Below are positions 39,480-54,369 of a stretch of 64,000 nt of DNA, in pieces. Made by a program: the position numbers and the translations under genes. The stretch comes from Camelus ferus (taxonomy: Eukaryota). Each line of letters starts with the position of its first letter. Position 1 is the stretch's first letter. The DNA lies in NCBI RefSeq assembly GCF_009834535.1, contig NC_045697.1, forward strand, positions 8,124,001 to 8,188,000. Reading direction: 5' to 3'. Below the pieces are notes generated by a model. The model saw only the letters and a list, made by a program, of their open reading frames with translations, had not been told where the DNA came from and did no database searches.

Positions 39480-41900
39480 GACATCACCAGTCTGGTCATA
39501 ACAAATTCTCTTATTCCAGCCGCCCCAAGAAGAAGTTCCCTGAGGAAAATGGAATATCTTGCCACCAGGGATGAAGCCCTCTCCAGGAAAGGCTACTTAT
39601 TCTCAAATACCCCAGGAAACACTTCAAGAAACACAGGTGATCTCTTTGGTCCCCTTTGCCTTCCAAATTATGTCTCCTCCATGTTCCTTAAAAATCCCAA
39701 GATTCTTGGAGGCTTGTGACACCAGATTTTAATACCCACTTCCTTTTACCACTGTGACCCTCTGAGGATCCCCATTAATTCCTTCATGTTCATTGATTGT
39801 CTTAGCACCTGACTCCCTGTATTCTTTTCCACTCTTAGTGACTTCCTTGTTTATACAGATGACCCACACCAGTGTCTCCCCACACCACAACCACCCACTT
39901 TCGTGGTTATGAAAATTGCACCACCTCTGAAATATCAAATTCAAGCACACTTACCATCATTCCAGATTCTCTTCTCCTATGATCCATCTTCCTTCTCCAC
40001 CTGTTTTTCACTTCCCTCTTAGCAACTGGATTCCATTGTCTGTCTTATAATTACTATTTACTATTATAAATATAAATATATTGCTTTCCCCTCTGGCTTT
40101 TCCTTTATTCCTGCAAAAATTCCAGTTCTGGGTAAAGAAAAGAATAGTTTATTTCTCTTCATGCACCTAAGTAGTGGACGGTTGCTGGAGAAAAAGACAA
40201 AATCATGCTGATTTATCTTATATTCTATTAATAATCAAAATTCTGGGATTCTCAATATTGCCCCCCAAAATCTAATGTATTTCCCAAGTATATTTGCTTT
40301 TCCGATCTCCAAAATATTATTTCACTGCTCCTTTCTTTTCTCGAGACCCCTAGAAGCATTCCTGCCCTCGTTCTCACCTGACAACCTTGCCTCTTCCTTA
40401 TTGACACAATTAAGAGGAGCTCCTTCATTTTGCCTCCAGCAAAGTCATTTTTTTCTGTCCTCCTTTCTGGTGCTGTAGACAGAGTCCCTGCTTCCATCAA
40501 AGGCCAGTGGCAATCTCCTACTTTATAGCACAGGAAACTATCTTCCACACCTTATAATAGCCTATAATGGGAAAGAATATGAAAATAAATATACATCTTT
40601 TTTAAAAAAAAGGCCAATGGACCCACTTTTCTCTGAATTCTATCTCTTTTCTCCTTCTCCTTCTCTTTATCTGCCTGTCCTCTCGTTAAGAATCCCCTGC
40701 ATCATAAATGTCTCCATTTCTATTGGGCCATCGCTATGAGCAACTATACCTGATTTATTTAGCACGTTATTTGTTTAAAAACTTTCCTGTCTCGAACATG
40801 CATCCCCCTCCCATTATGACCCTGCAAAATTATTATCTCTGAAAAATTTTACCACCAAACTTGAAATCAGTCTCTGGTAGCTGTTGCCATAACCACGACA
40901 CACAGTATTTCCATCATCTCCACTTCTATCCTCACCAGTGGAACAGACTGTCCTTGCCAAGGTGACCCCCAATGTCAAATCCAATGGTTTCCTCTTCATT
41001 ATTATTGAACTCGATCCCCCATCAATTTGTAATACATTTGACAATTCCATTCTCTTTTAAATACTTACTTCTCTTGGAATTTGTGACACTTGACTGTTCT
41101 AGTTTTACTCCTAATTCATTTGCCTCTTTTAAGAGTCTTTTGATGGCACTCCACATGCTGGCTTCTCTTTTCTCTGTCCTGCACTCTCGTAGATTATCTC
41201 AACCACTCCTGTGCCATTCAACAGCATATACTGGATAAATTTCTAGCCCTACCTCTTCGGGAAACTTCACACCTATATGCTCTACTTCCTTCTTTTTATT
41301 TCCATTTAGATCCTATATCATCATTCCAAATTTACTATGATCAAAGGAGAAAACATGATTTTTTTTTTCTTCCAAATCTGCTGATTCCCCAAATGCTCTC
41401 ATCTGACTGAATGGCTGCAGAAGTCCCATATTTTCCAAGCGAAAAATCTAGGAGTTAGATTAATTCCTCTCTTTCCAAGTCTGATATCAGCAAGTCTTGT
41501 TAAATTTACTACTTTATAGCGTAACCCAGTCCATTCAGTCCTCACTATCTTCACTAGAAACAGTAATCTTTTGGCCATCATTATCTCTCATCTGACTATG
41601 CAAATAGTCTCCTAACCCATGTCTTATCTTTTCTCACATCCTCTTGCATTTGCTCCTGAGGCAGTGGGCAAAATGATACTTTCCATATTTAATATTCCCC
41701 CACTAAAACCTTCCCACAAATCCTTATCTTATTCTAACTCACAAAGCCCTGTATTACCTGAGTCCTGCCTACTTCTTCTTCTTTCATAACATTATTCTCC
41801 TAACACTTCAGTCTGAACTCAGATGTCTTCTTCCTGTTTTACCTGGAATTCTAAACTCACTCACTCCTTAGAAACTTTGCCTCATGATTGCATTTGCACT
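39480..41900 (+). mobile_element. Long degenerate L2 (ORF2 region towards the 3' end)
   Basis: Pyrimidine-rich sense L2 motifs (gccaaggtgacccccaatgtcaaatccaatgg; ccaagcgaaaaatctaggagt; ttatctctcatctgactatgcaaatagtctcctaac). Confidence 0.75.
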
Positions 41901-42118
41901 CCTGTTCTGTAAAGAAACTACCTGAATCAAAAGGTTTTTGCTTTTTCTCTCTTCTTAAAACATTTAAGTTTAAAGTTCTTCTTTAAGCACACACATATAA
42001 ACATGTATAATTTCATATAAGTTAAAAAGTGAGTTTATGTCATAAGTGTCGAGTTTTTTCTAGGTGTTTGTTTTCCTACACTCAACCTCCATATCTCCAT
42101 ATCAGAAAGTCTGGACAG

Positions 42119-42617
42119 TGTGATCAATTGGTAATAAAAATAGCACAATTCTTCATTCTTCTCTGTATCTGCACTCATTGCAATGCATCTCTGCAGCCTC
42201 TCTCTACACCAGATGGTATTTGTTTCCTATGCTTTGAATCCTTGTGACTTACCGTGACCAACAGAATGTGGCAGAAGTGATGATGCACAGATTCTACTTA
42301 GGCCTCAAGAGGTTGTCATTCCTTTTGCTCTCTTGAACTAATGTGGCTGCAATATGAACAGCCTGAGCTAATCTTATGGATAAAGAGAGACCAAATGGAA
42401 GAGCCTCACCCTAGACCTGCCATCCTGGACCATCTAGCCCCAGCTGACACATCTGCTGACCTCAAATACATGAACGAGCTCACTTGAGATCAGTCTAGCC
42501 TGGGATGGACCTGAAGAACCAGCTGATCTATGGACTCGTGAGCAATAATGAATGTTCACTCTGTAAAGCCATGAGGTTTATAATCCATGATAATTGTGGC
42601 AACAGAAAACGGGTTCA
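42119..42617 (+). mobile_element. MLT1H-like LTR
   Basis: tgaccaacagaatgtggcagaagtgatg...aggcctcaagagg...tgtggcaacagaaaac. Confidence 0.75.
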
Positions 42618-42999
42618 ATCAGATAAAGGGAAACCACTCTATGTATCTTACCGGAAGGAGATTTATCACAAGGGGTTAGATGTTTCCAAAACCACTGGAG
42701 CATGAAAGCTGGGTAGAACCATGACTGGTTTTTAGGAAATAAGCAAATGCAGGAATCACAAGAACCATTTGTTATCTTAGCTGCTTGCCCACCAAAGGAA
42801 ATGATACTCAGGAACTTTCTAAGGAGCCATAGCAAAATTTACAATGCAGCCTGTCCACATACCTGACAGGTTCTCCCGGTGGAGAATAAGGGCTTTTCTT
42901 TCTTTTCTTCTTCCAGATAGTGTGCAAATGTCTCTCATTTTCAGAGTCTAAACTGACAGGGTGCAGATTGTTGAGATTAGCAACATACGATGTTCTGCA

Positions 43000-44830
43000 C
43001 CAACCTTCTTCATCCACGTCTTTCGTTTCTTCAGTTAACTTATGTAAATAATTTATATATCCTTCTGTATTGTCTCCATGGTCATATAATCGTATGGAGA
43101 CACCTATGTGCATATACATATAAACATATATACACACACACATACATGCACCTATAAACATATAGGGCAATGTTGTCACTGTTTTATAAATACAGAACCA
43201 TGTTGTGCGTATTACACTGACTCTTGCTTTTTATTCAAAAAATATTGTGAAATGCCTCCTAGTGAACTAGTACGGCCTTGATTTACTCCTTTTGTTGGAC
43301 TGTTGTATCCCATGGTAGAAATAACTTAGTCAAGTTCTCAACTGTTAATAAACAGTCAATATTTCTATTTTTCTCACTCTGAAGAGTCTGCAATAGATTT
43401 ATTTACATGCACATCTTTATATGCATTGCTATTTAATTGTTACAGAATGCGTTCCAAGGAGTGACACTGCTGGCTTAAAAATTGTACATATACTGATTAG
43501 TAATAAATGTTGCCTGAATGCATTCCTCAAAAAGCGTAATAATTCATACCCACCCGTTATGTGTGATATACTTTTTCTCTGTATCCTCAAAAAATACACA
43601 TTATTATTATGTATATAATGCATTGTATGACACATACTATATGTGATACATGTGTCTATGTCTTGGACTAATTATGGAAAGTAATGTGTTGTGTACTCTA
43701 GTCTGCATTCACACAACCACAAGGGAATGTGAGCTTTCTTACATGTGCCTGTTAATCGTTTGGATTTGCCATTGACTTGTATATATTAATTGCTTTTACA
43801 AATGTTTTAAGAATGCAGGCCCTGAGCTACACTGCCTGTGGTTGAATCCCACGAGATGGTACTTTTATGTTTTTTCTTTTTTGAATTACATTTATTAGAT
43901 CTTGTTATTAGGTTGCTGACTTCATACACTTACTTTAGGACGTGTCCATGATTCTCATTACCTTAGATGCTGAGGAAATGTGGGAATTCAGTTGGCGTCT
44001 CCTACAAGTTATCAAAGATGAAAACAGAAGTGGAAGGAATATACAATCACCTCACGCTTGTGCCCTTTCCTCTTCAGCTACTACGGCTTTGAGATCTTGG
44101 TTCTCATTCTGCTGTTTGGTCAGAATCCTTCCTTTAGTAATTTCTTCAGTGGTAGGAGTGAGTAGCGGGCTCTGAGTCTCTCAATAGCTGCGAATGCCTT
44201 GCCTTTGATCAGGAAACTGTGGGTATACAAGAGCATCAGTTCCCTTCTCATCAGTATATGTAGATCGCATTCCATCATCTTCTGTTTTCCCCTCTTTCGT
44301 GTAAGCTGTCCAGTTAACAAACAGATTTGTTTTCCTTTCAGCTAAATTGCTCTCTGTGTCTGGAAAATCTTCTCATCTTTATCCTGAAAATTCATAAATT
44401 TTATCAGGCTATGTCTAAATATCTTTTTTTTTCATCAAACCTCCCTTTTATTCTGAAGACTCAGTTGCTTTTTCAAATCAAGAAAATTTCTCCCTATCAG
44501 GATTATTCCCTGTCCTACGTACGTCTATTAGATGCTATGCAGAAGTCTTAGTATGTGCATCTTAGGTCTTCTTAGCGCTTATCATTTCCCTTATGATTTC
44601 CGTCTCTTTGAGTTTTGCTATGTGCATGCAGGCAGTTCTTTCATCTGGTTATCTAGGTCACAAGCTCAGATTTTGACAGTATCTGCTCCTTTTTTTGTCT
44701 TTTCAGTTTGCCTATTAAGTTTTGTTGTTACTGTTCAAAAGCATGACTTTTGCTGCATGAAAACCCTGAAATGCTCTTATAGGTTCAAGTTGTTGGCTGC
44801 CTCCAGCAATTCTGTTTTGCTCTGTTCCTG
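43000..44830 (-). mobile_element. Old L1ME-type fragments
   Basis: Degenerate T-rich antisense L1 3' and body sequence. Confidence 0.5.
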
Positions 44831-45649
44831 ATTTGGTGGATCAGAGGTCCCTCTTCTCTGGTAGGTGGACCTCCTTAAAAGTGTATTTGTGTGTGTGTGT
44901 GGTGTTTGTTGGAGTTTGCTACTGGTCCTATGCAGCAGCAAGGAAAGATAAACACTCCGCACCTCCATGGCTGGAGTAGGTGGCAGCAAGCCTGCAGCCA
45001 GTCTCCTACTGGCACCCCAGGAGGAAGAGTTCCTTCCTGCTCTCTGGTCTTCCTGAATCCTCCCAGCCCCAGAATCAGGAGGCTCATCCCGCCTCATGAA
45101 CTGCTTTCCCACATCATGGTAAGGGAAGAACAAAGTACACTAACAGGAGGGAGATGTTTATTTCCCCCACAGCATCCCTTAGATGGCTACGGTCCAGGCT
45201 CTCCCCAGGATTTTCAGCATTTCAGTCCTTGCTGCACGGCTTTCCACTGGTCCTCCTCCAACTTTATCCAATCTATGTTTAAAACATTTTGCTTCTTCTC
45301 TCCTCACCAGGTTGTCTTATTCCCAGTTGCTCCCAGACTTCTTGACTCAGGACAGTTACATAGATCAGGTTGGGAGCAGAGAAGATGAAAATGCACTCAG
45401 TTCCTCATCTTCTCCGAGTCTTCCAAAAGATTGCTTTATAAATTAGGTGATGCCAAAGATGAATTGCTACTTTCTCAGCCACTCTTCCTTGCATCAACCT
45501 GGGGTCTACAAACAAGCAGCTATTTATGTTTATTACCTGATTTCTCTCTCAAGAATGTAAGCCCCATGAAGGCAGAGGCTTGGATGATTGGGTTTACTCC
45601 TGTACCTCATCTACTGCATCCCCAAACCTGCTCAGCCTACAGCTGCCTT

Positions 45650-48056
45650 CATCATAGCTGATGGCCACACCGAACACTCAGTTGTACAGGTGAAAAAAAT
45701 ATGGACTCATTCTTAACCACTACCTTTCTCTCTCATTCATCGGCCAAATCCATCAGAAAATCTATAAGCTCCATCTTCAAAAGATATGCATAACCTAGCC
45801 ACCGCCTCCCACGTTCATGACTGCCCTCGGGTTCTAGCCACTATCATCTCCCTCCTAGATTATTAAAATAGTTTCCTCTCTGGCAACCAAGTTCAACTCT
45901 TGCCCCTCACATTCAGCACAGCAGCTAGAGCTGTCCGTTTACAACGTAAGCTGCCCTCTTAACAAAGAAACAAACGAGCATATCTACTGAAAATGTGCAG
46001 TGGACCCCATGTCATTCGGAGTAAGAGCTGACATCGTTATAACGACACCCCAAGGTCTCCAAAATCTGAGTCTCATGACTTTTCTGATCTCACGCCTTGT
46101 TTTTAATTCTTTTTCACTCTGCTCAGCCATACTGATTCCTAACTAGCCTTTCAGCTTGCCAGGCGTATTCCTGACTTGTGTTTTGCACTGACTCTTTTCT
46201 CTGCCTGGAACATTCTTCCCCCAGATATCCACATAACATCCTCATCGCACCAGGATTTTACTCAGATGTCATCTTCTCAATGAAATGTACTCTGACCAGT
46301 TTTTTTTCTTTTTGACAGCTTCATTGAGGTGTTATTAATTTATTTTAAAAAACACACACATATTTGAACTATACAATTACATCAGTTTGACATAAGAACA
46401 GACCTGGGGAATCAGTCATCACCACAAACAAGACAGTAAACATATTCAGCTCCCCGCAAAGTTTCCTCAAGTCTCCTTCTAACCTCTCCCTTCCACTCTT
46501 ACTCACCCCTGATCTTTCTTTCCATCCCCAGGCAAGTATTGCTCTCCTTTTTTAACAATAGATTCGTTTGCATTTTCTGGAATTTTATGTAAATGAATCA
46601 TACACTATGTACTCTTTCTGGCTGACTGTTTTCACTAAGTTTGATTATTTCGAGATCCATCCATGTTATTGTGTGTAATTTTGCTGTATAATTTCCCATT
46701 GTATTGATAAGCTGTTGACCTATTGATGAACATTTGAGTTCTTACCAGATTTTGGCTATTATCAAAAAGGAAAAAAAGCTGCAATAAACATTTGTGTTCA
46801 AGTATTGTATGTACACGTATGCTTTCTTTTGTTTGGGGCAGATATCTAAGAGTAGAACGGCTGAGTCGTATGGTATATGGATGCTTAACTTTGTAAGGAA
46901 CTGTTAAATTGTCCTCCAGAGTGGGTATACCATTTCACATCCCAGTAATACCAGTACTGTATGAGTTCCAGTTTCACTACTTCCTTGCCAACATTTGGTA
47001 TGTTTATTTAATCTTTTAAATTTTAGCCATTCTAATAGATATACACTATTCTTTCATTGTGGGTTTAATTTATGTTTCTCTAATGACTAATGACATTGAG
47101 TATTTTTTCATGTGCTTATTTGCCATCTGCATGTCTTCTGTAAAATTTTTGTTCAGAGTTTTTTTTAATTAGATTAATTGGGTTTTTAATTGTATCATTT
47201 AATTGGGTTATTTCTTATTATTGAGTTTTGATATTTCTTTATATATTCTGGATATATATATATACACACACATATATTTACTAGATATATGACTCGTAAA
47301 AATTTCTCCTAGTCCATGGCTTTTCATTCCCTTTAAATTGTCTTTTGAAACAGAAGGGGTTTTTTTCCAATTTTGATAAAATCCAATTTATAAATTAGTT
47401 CTCTTATGGGTTGTGCTTTCAGTATCATATCTAAGAAGTCTATTAACTTTGAAGTCACAACAGTTTTCTCCTGTTTTGTTCTAGAATTTTTATAGTTTTA
47501 AGTTTTAGACTTAAGTATACGACCTATTTTGAGTTTTTTTTCTTAATATGGTACTATTATTGATTCAATTTTACTTTTTATGTACATGGATAACTGTTTT
47601 AGCACAATTTGCTGAAAAGGAAATATTTTCTGCATAAAATTCTTTTGCATCTATGTCAAGAGTCAGTTGTCCATTTATGTGTGGGTCTGGTTCTGGGTTC
47701 CATTCCATTACATATTTTCTGTCTTGTGTTAATGCCACATTTACCTGATTGTGATAGCTTTATGCGTCTTGAAATCTTGTTGTGTCAGTTCAATTTCTTC
47801 TTCATGATCACTCTTTTGAAATTAAAATCCACACTACCCTCCCTTCTTTATTTTTTTCTTTTATATTTTGCACATACTACCTTTTAACATATTACATGAT
47901 TTATGTATTTCATATGTAAAGCCCCCACCAGCATGTCAGCTCAACGAGGGAAGGGACTTTTTACATTTTCTTTTAATTACTGATAGATCCCAAGTGCTTA
48001 GAACAGTGCTTAACACATGCTAAGTTTTTAGTATCTATTTGTTGAATGAGTGAATA
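45650..48056 (+). mobile_element. L2 3' portion split by an L1MB insertion
   Basis: ctctgcctggaacattcttcccccagatatcc; 3' tail cccaagtgcttagaacagtgctt...ttgttgaatgagtgaa. Confidence 0.8.
46300..47800 (-). mobile_element. L1MB-type 3' ~1.5 kb
   Basis: Poly-T then cagcttcattgagg...; gccattctaatag...tctaatgactaatgacattgag...gtgcttatttgccatctg (antisense ORF2 end). Confidence 0.85.
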
Positions 48057-48770
48057 TAAAATCAGACCTTTTAAAGGCTGAGGAAGATCTTGGATACCAT
48101 TACATCCTATCCCCATGAACTAATAAACGCAGAAACAGAGGAGAGGAAATATAAAGTCAGTGCTCACGTGGCTGTGTAACCAGGGAGTCGCTACTTAATC
48201 CCTGAGCCTCACTTTCCATCTTTGCTGCCTCCCATCCAAGCAATACTAAACTATTCTTGGCTTTACCAATGTGTCCTCCATCACATGCGTTTACATGTTC
48301 TCACAGCCTGTCACTTCTATGAAATGCACTTCTCTTTCCCTTTGTTCTACCAATTCAAGTGCCACCTCTCCTGGAAGATCCTCTCACACACCCAAATCTG
48401 ACTTAGATTCCCCATCTTTCAGCCTCTGTGGTCCTCAAGGAAGGAGTCTGATCCACAGGTTTACTTATTTTCTGTACAAGACAATGCTCTCTGTGAAGGC
48501 AGAGGATCTTATATAACTTTATATAACTGATAATTCATAATGACTGTACCATTCTTGGCATGCAGTGTGCTCCGTTGAATTAATACATTTCTACAAGTCT
48601 ATCTTCTGACTTTCAGAGAATGATTGAAATTGATCCCCACTCCATGCCATACTTATAAGCTAGTCTATTTTATGTGTATTTGTATGAATGCAGGTGTGTA
48701 TCTGCCATTGTTATTACATCATTTCAAGTTTTATCTTAACCATTTGATAGGTCTAACGAAGGTGACAGTG

Positions 48771-49190
48771 ATTTCTTTCCATTATAGGTTTTTACAAAAC
48801 ATTGAATATAATTCCCTGAGCTATTCAGTAAATCCTTGTTTATCTATTTTATGTATAGTAGTGTGTATCTGCTAATCCCAAACTCCCAATTTATCCCTCC
48901 CCCTTCCCTTTCCTCTTTGGTAACCATAAGTTTTTTCCTATGTCTATGAGTCCAGTTCTGTTTTGTACATAGATTCATTTGTATTATTTTTTAGATTCCA
49001 CATATAAGTGATATATATAATATTTGTCTTTCTCTATCTGACTTACTTTACTTAGTATGATAGTCTCTAGATCCATCCATGTTGCTGCAAATGGCAATGT
49101 TTCATTATTTTTTAATGACTGAGCAATATTCCATTGTACATGTATATATATATACATTCCATATCCATACATATACATATATATCCCATT
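48771..49190 (-). mobile_element. Young L1 3' region lacking the terminal ~100 bp
   Basis: ORF 48984-49178 gives the L1 motif LPFAATWMDLETIILSKVSQIEKDKY; the element stops at cctataatggaaagaaat (minus strand). Confidence 0.85.
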
Positions 49191-51696
49191 GTATGTGCTT
49201 GTGTGTGTTAAATCCTAGTGAATTCAAGTTTCTGAGATTAAGATTCAGAAATGTGTATTTTTAACAATTTCCTGAGTTTGTTTTTATGCACATCATAGTG
49301 TATGGATCATTGTCAAGTGAATATAAGGCATAGACCCTGCCATATAGACAATCATATGTTATGGAGGAAGCAAATAACAGGCATCATTGTAACATGATAA
49401 TAAAGCCTATAATAGAAAATTAATCAAAATCTCTAAAAAGTCCAGGGAGGGGTCCAAGGTCATATCTCTGTGTGTGTTTGGGTTTCTCAGCACACTACAA
49501 ATTAAAAATATGCCAAGTCAAAATTACAAAACATATAATATGATATAATTGTACAATTCACAAAGTAAATCAGGATTTATTCAGGATTTATAAAGAATAT
49601 AAAATATAAAGCAAATGATAAGCAGCTTAGACTTGAATATAGAGAAAATTAGAACATTTGATTAATGTTTCTCTTCAGTCTTGTCAGTGTATTCCTATGA
49701 CAATATAAAGAAATTCACTTGGAGATTATGTAAAAAGTCTAAACTTAAGCCCATGGACAAATATACCTCTTGTTAGCCCCTCACTCCCATTTTGTATTAG
49801 CTTCTAGGATGAGTAAGTACTGTGGGTTTGGGGAAAGTAGGGAAAGTCTTCACAGAAGAAGGGCAATATATCTGGGTGTTGAAGTTTGAATAGAAGTTTG
49901 TTGGGATGATCTCGCTAATGGCGCAATGCAGCATACTCTGGTCCAGAGCCACCATATACATGGCTTACCTCTTTGTGTTGATAAGTTTCTCACAGATTAG
50001 TGTATAATTTCACATAGGATGAGTCAGGAAATCTTTCTTATCTATCACCCATTCACTACAGCTCTCAGGACTATTAACCATTGCCATCATTGAAACTGGG
50101 GCAGAGTTGCCCAGTGTATAAAGAAACTTTGGCTGGCGTAAAAGTGCTTTACAGGAAGAACACCTGCAGTGAGGAAAGGTTTTGAGCCACTCCTGCACTC
50201 CCTACCCACCCCTACCACTTCCATCCCTCCTGCCACTTTACCATGAGACAAAAAGAAATAGGGATTCCTGTTTAAATATGGTAGGCATTAGCCAGAGATC
50301 TCTACACCAAGGATCCTGTGGCATCATTTTCAAAACCCTTGGCTCTCCTACCCCAGGTGTTTTGGACCAAAAGAATAGTGTCCTTCAATGCAGCCCTCTG
50401 CTAATATATTTTTCTCCTTTTGAAATTTCAGTCACAATATTCCATGAGTCACATATAGCAAATTAATTACTAGGAGTCCTTTTTATGGCCCAAACGACAC
50501 TTTAGCAGCCAATAATAAGTGCTGATATAAATATGCACCTATAGGAAAATTGGATTGAAAGTTTCTCCCCAGGATGAGTTATTAGTTATCTGATTCCAAT
50601 GGTGACAGTATAATAAAGGTTTCTGCAGGACAACTTGAATATTTTCAAAAGAAATATTTACAGTGAAATCAGGTTTTATGAGTTTATTTTATTTACTTTT
50701 TTTCTCTCAGTTGAATATAATAATAAAATCCAATGACAGTCAAAAACATTGTTATTAAGTGAGACTATTTCAATGTAACAAGTATATATCCCACCTCATT
50801 TCAGAGTGGCATTAGGCGGGTTACAAAGATACAAAGTATTTTATAGGAGAAAAATAGTTTAAAATAAATGAAAGCGAGAAAGAAAATGAGTTGAATGGGA
50901 AAATGAAGCAACAGAGAGCTATGAACGGAAATACATACTCAAAGTTCTTAAAGTTCTTCATAAAAACTAAACACTGACTGAAATTGTCTCTCAGAGCTTC
51001 CTGACATCCACAGAAATAGGGCAATACCTTTGTGCTACAATAGGCATGTTCTCTGTAATATAGAAATAAGTCAGTTACTTAGAAATACAGCTTTTCTAGT
51101 TACCAAGTCTGAGAATTTCTAATTCAAAAACTTAGGGTAATACGGTGGGTAAAACTCTTACATGAATGACATCGTCCCAATAAACATAGACTCATGTAGA
51201 TATTTCAGATATCCATCCAAGGCAGAAGAAATGACCCTGGTTCTCCATCACTCTCCCCAGATATTTCTCCATAGCGTCTTCACATTTCTTCTTCCTTACC
51301 TGACCCTTAAAAATTGGGAGTCCTCTGTGTTAGTCTCATTTCCTTTGCTCTTCACCCACCTTCCCTGAAAGATAATAAGCTTTCCAAAGGCTTCATTATT
51401 AACCCGAATCTCCAGCCCAGACCTCCAGAATCCTTTCACCAACTGTCTTCAGTGGCATTTCTGTATTGATTTCTCACAGTTCCTTAAAATCAATTCAAAA
51501 CTGAACTACAGGATCCCCTTCTAGGAGACTTTGTCCTACAGGGCACCATAGCACAGTAAGTGCTCATCCCACCTAAAAAGTCATCCTGTCCATCCAGTCC
51601 CTCAACACAGATACTGGGGAGGTGTGCTTGTCTTTGTTTTTTCTTGTCTTGCTCCCTGAGCTTGTCATTTGTCAACTTTTGCCTATTTTACCTCTT

Positions 51697-51880
51697 TTTT
51701 ATTCAAAGTATAGTTGAGTTACAATATTTCAGGTTATACACCAAAGTGATTCAGATTATTTTTCAGATTTTTTTCCCACTATAGGTTATTACAGGATATT
51801 GAATCTAGTTCCCTGTGCTATGTAGTAAGTCTTCATTTTTTATCTATTTTATATATAGTAGTGTCTATCTGTTAATACTG
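51697..51880 (-). mobile_element. Young L1 3' end with 12-bp TSD
   Basis: aagtatagttgagttacaat...gttccctgtgcta; TSD attttacctctt at 51685-51696 and 51881-51892. Confidence 0.85.
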
Positions 51881-53408
51881 ATTTTACCTCTTGCTGTAAA
51901 CCTAGGCACATCTGCCCAGATTCTCCACCACCTGTGAGCACCAGCCAGAGACACCCCTTACCCGGATTATGATGATTTACACTTACACTCTGATCTGGCC
52001 ACAACCTATTTTCACCCAATAAGTAGCAAGACTCATCTTAGGGTACAAGCCTGCTCATGGCCCTCCACAGCTTAAAATCTCCCAGTCGCTCCTTAATGTA
52101 TGGTGAATGCAAGATGTATGCTTCCTAATGCCACTGTTTTTAAGGTTTTGAGGGCCTGGACTCCACCTCTGTCCACAGCATAGGGGGAGATCAGCTCCCA
52201 GGGGTTGGGCTCCCATAGCACCGTGCTGTCTCCCACTGTGTGTCTTTCCCCCTAGGCTTTAAACTCAATCTGTGCAAAGACCACGTAGAGTTTTCTTCAC
52301 CCTTTAAGCCCCGTGCCTGCCATGTTGCCTGGCATTTTGTCAGGGCTCAAATCCCTGCTTGTTAGGTGCATGAATGAATAAATGCCTGAACGGACAACTG
52401 AATGCCTACATGTCCTATTTCAAGGGTCATAAACTATAAAATGATTCATGTGTAAGCCCTTTGCTAAAGGGGCACTTTGAGGAATTAGAAACTCAAGCTC
52501 CAAGGAGAAGAGACTAGGCCTTCTCCTGCTGCCATTCCCTTCATTTCTCTTTCCTGGTGGTCCACTTGGACCCCAGCCATTGGAAGTTCCGGTGCCAATT
52601 TGTCTCATGTCATGAACTGATGTGCTCCATAAACTGCCCATAATGTGCGAGAATGTGGCTCCTGGGCTTTCGTGCTCACCATGAGAACTGCCTGCTCTGC
52701 TCACATAGCATCTTTATTATCCACGTGGAGACATGGAGCCCCATGTCGGGAAAAGCTAGAGGTCTGCTCTTCAGAGCCAGATATTTGACTCTATTGCTGC
52801 TCAAACATGTCTTTTCCACTTGAGGTATCAAAGGGCTTTGCCACTATATTTCTTATCTGAAACCACTGGGAAAGAATTTCCCATAAACCAATTTAGCAAA
52901 TATTTATTGAGTGCCTCATGTGGTCTCAGCCTTCAATGGGCCTAGAGAGACTGTCTAGCCAAACTTCCTTATTTTACCAAGGAAATCGCAGAACCCTGAA
53001 TCGTAGACTCCTGATCGCAAATCCATTCAATAACTTTCTATGCTGGAATATAAAACTGTGTGCTATGCTCTCCCTGTCTTCAGCAAGCTAACGTATTTAG
53101 GGGGGAAGGAGGCCAACAAGCAAATGGGCAGTAACAACACAGGTTGACTGCCTAAGTAGTGCTTGCTATATAGTAAGCACGCAATGGTGTCCTCCTAAAT
53201 AAATGAACGATTAGATGAATAAATTAACTGATCAGTCAATTAAAGAATGCAACATAATGTGGTCCTTATGAGTTTTCTTTATTTTTATGTGACTGTTCAT
53301 TAATGACCGCTTTTCTCATCTAGATATTAAGTTGATGAGAAGACACAGTTTCTGTTATTTGCTTACTATTGGGCTCCCAGTGTTTCACACAGTACCCGGA
53401 ACACAGAA

Positions 53409-54045
53409 CGCTTGATTCTCATTATAGATTCTGCTTTTGAAAATTTACCTACTCAATAAAATTTATTTGTAACCCCAAAACCAATGTCCATGGCACTTTG
53501 GTCAGTTACAAACATGCACAAAGTGGCAAAAAAATTTGAGCTGCTGACACACAAGTTTCCAGCCGAGGTCAGACAAGGCAACCCTCCCTTCTTGTTTCAG
53601 CTCTAGTACTGCAAGCAAGTATCCTTCTCCCAGTCTGTCTAGGGCCCCGTATTGCACAATGTTGTGTGTCTTGTTGGTGATGTCGGTGTTTAAGTGGTCC
53701 TCTAGCGCAGAGCTGGAGCGCTGCCTAGTGCTCCTCAGTGCAAGAAGGGCTTTACAGGCAAAACACGTGTGTTAGAGAAGCCTCATTCAGGCACGAGCCA
53801 TCGTGCTGTTGGAGGCGAGTTCAGTGTCAATAAATCAACAGTATGTATCAGATAACACATATCTGATCTTAAATGGAATGGCACATAAAACAAGATTCTG
53901 TATTGATTGGTGAAAATGTTGTGACCGGAGGCTTGCAGGAACCTGATTCTGTATTTCCTCTGGGAGCAATGGCTCGATATTTGCTGATTCGGTATTTGTG
54001 GTGACTTCATAGAACATAACTATGGAGAATATTGAGAACCAACTG
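53409..54045 (+). mobile_element. MER82 (TcMar-Tigger) near full-length DNA transposon
   Basis: Terminal inverted repeats (c)gcttgattctcatt / attgagaaccaactg followed by TA; internal aaaatttatttgtaaccccaaaa and cttcttgtttcagctct match MER82; sits in an L2 3' tail. Confidence 0.85.
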
Positions 54046-54369
54046 TACAGGCTCAATATGCATAGAATTAAGGGAGGGAGGAAGAAGAGGAAGGGAGCAA
54101 GGAAAGAAAAGAAAAAAGGAAAGAAGGGAAAAGGAAGGAAGGGAGGGAGAGAGACAGAGGAAGGATGGGAAGACGTCTGCTTGTGGCAAGAAGGACAAGT
54201 GTTTTGTGAGAGCAGGGAAGGGGCAAAGTGTCAGACGCATCACAGCACCCACTTATACTCACTCCCAGTTCTCACTCCACAGCACTGCAGCCAGGAGGGC
54301 GTACTGTGTGTGAGGGTGGTAGCACTCTCCAGGGGTTTGTGCTCACAGGGGAGGCCTCGGAGGCCACAC

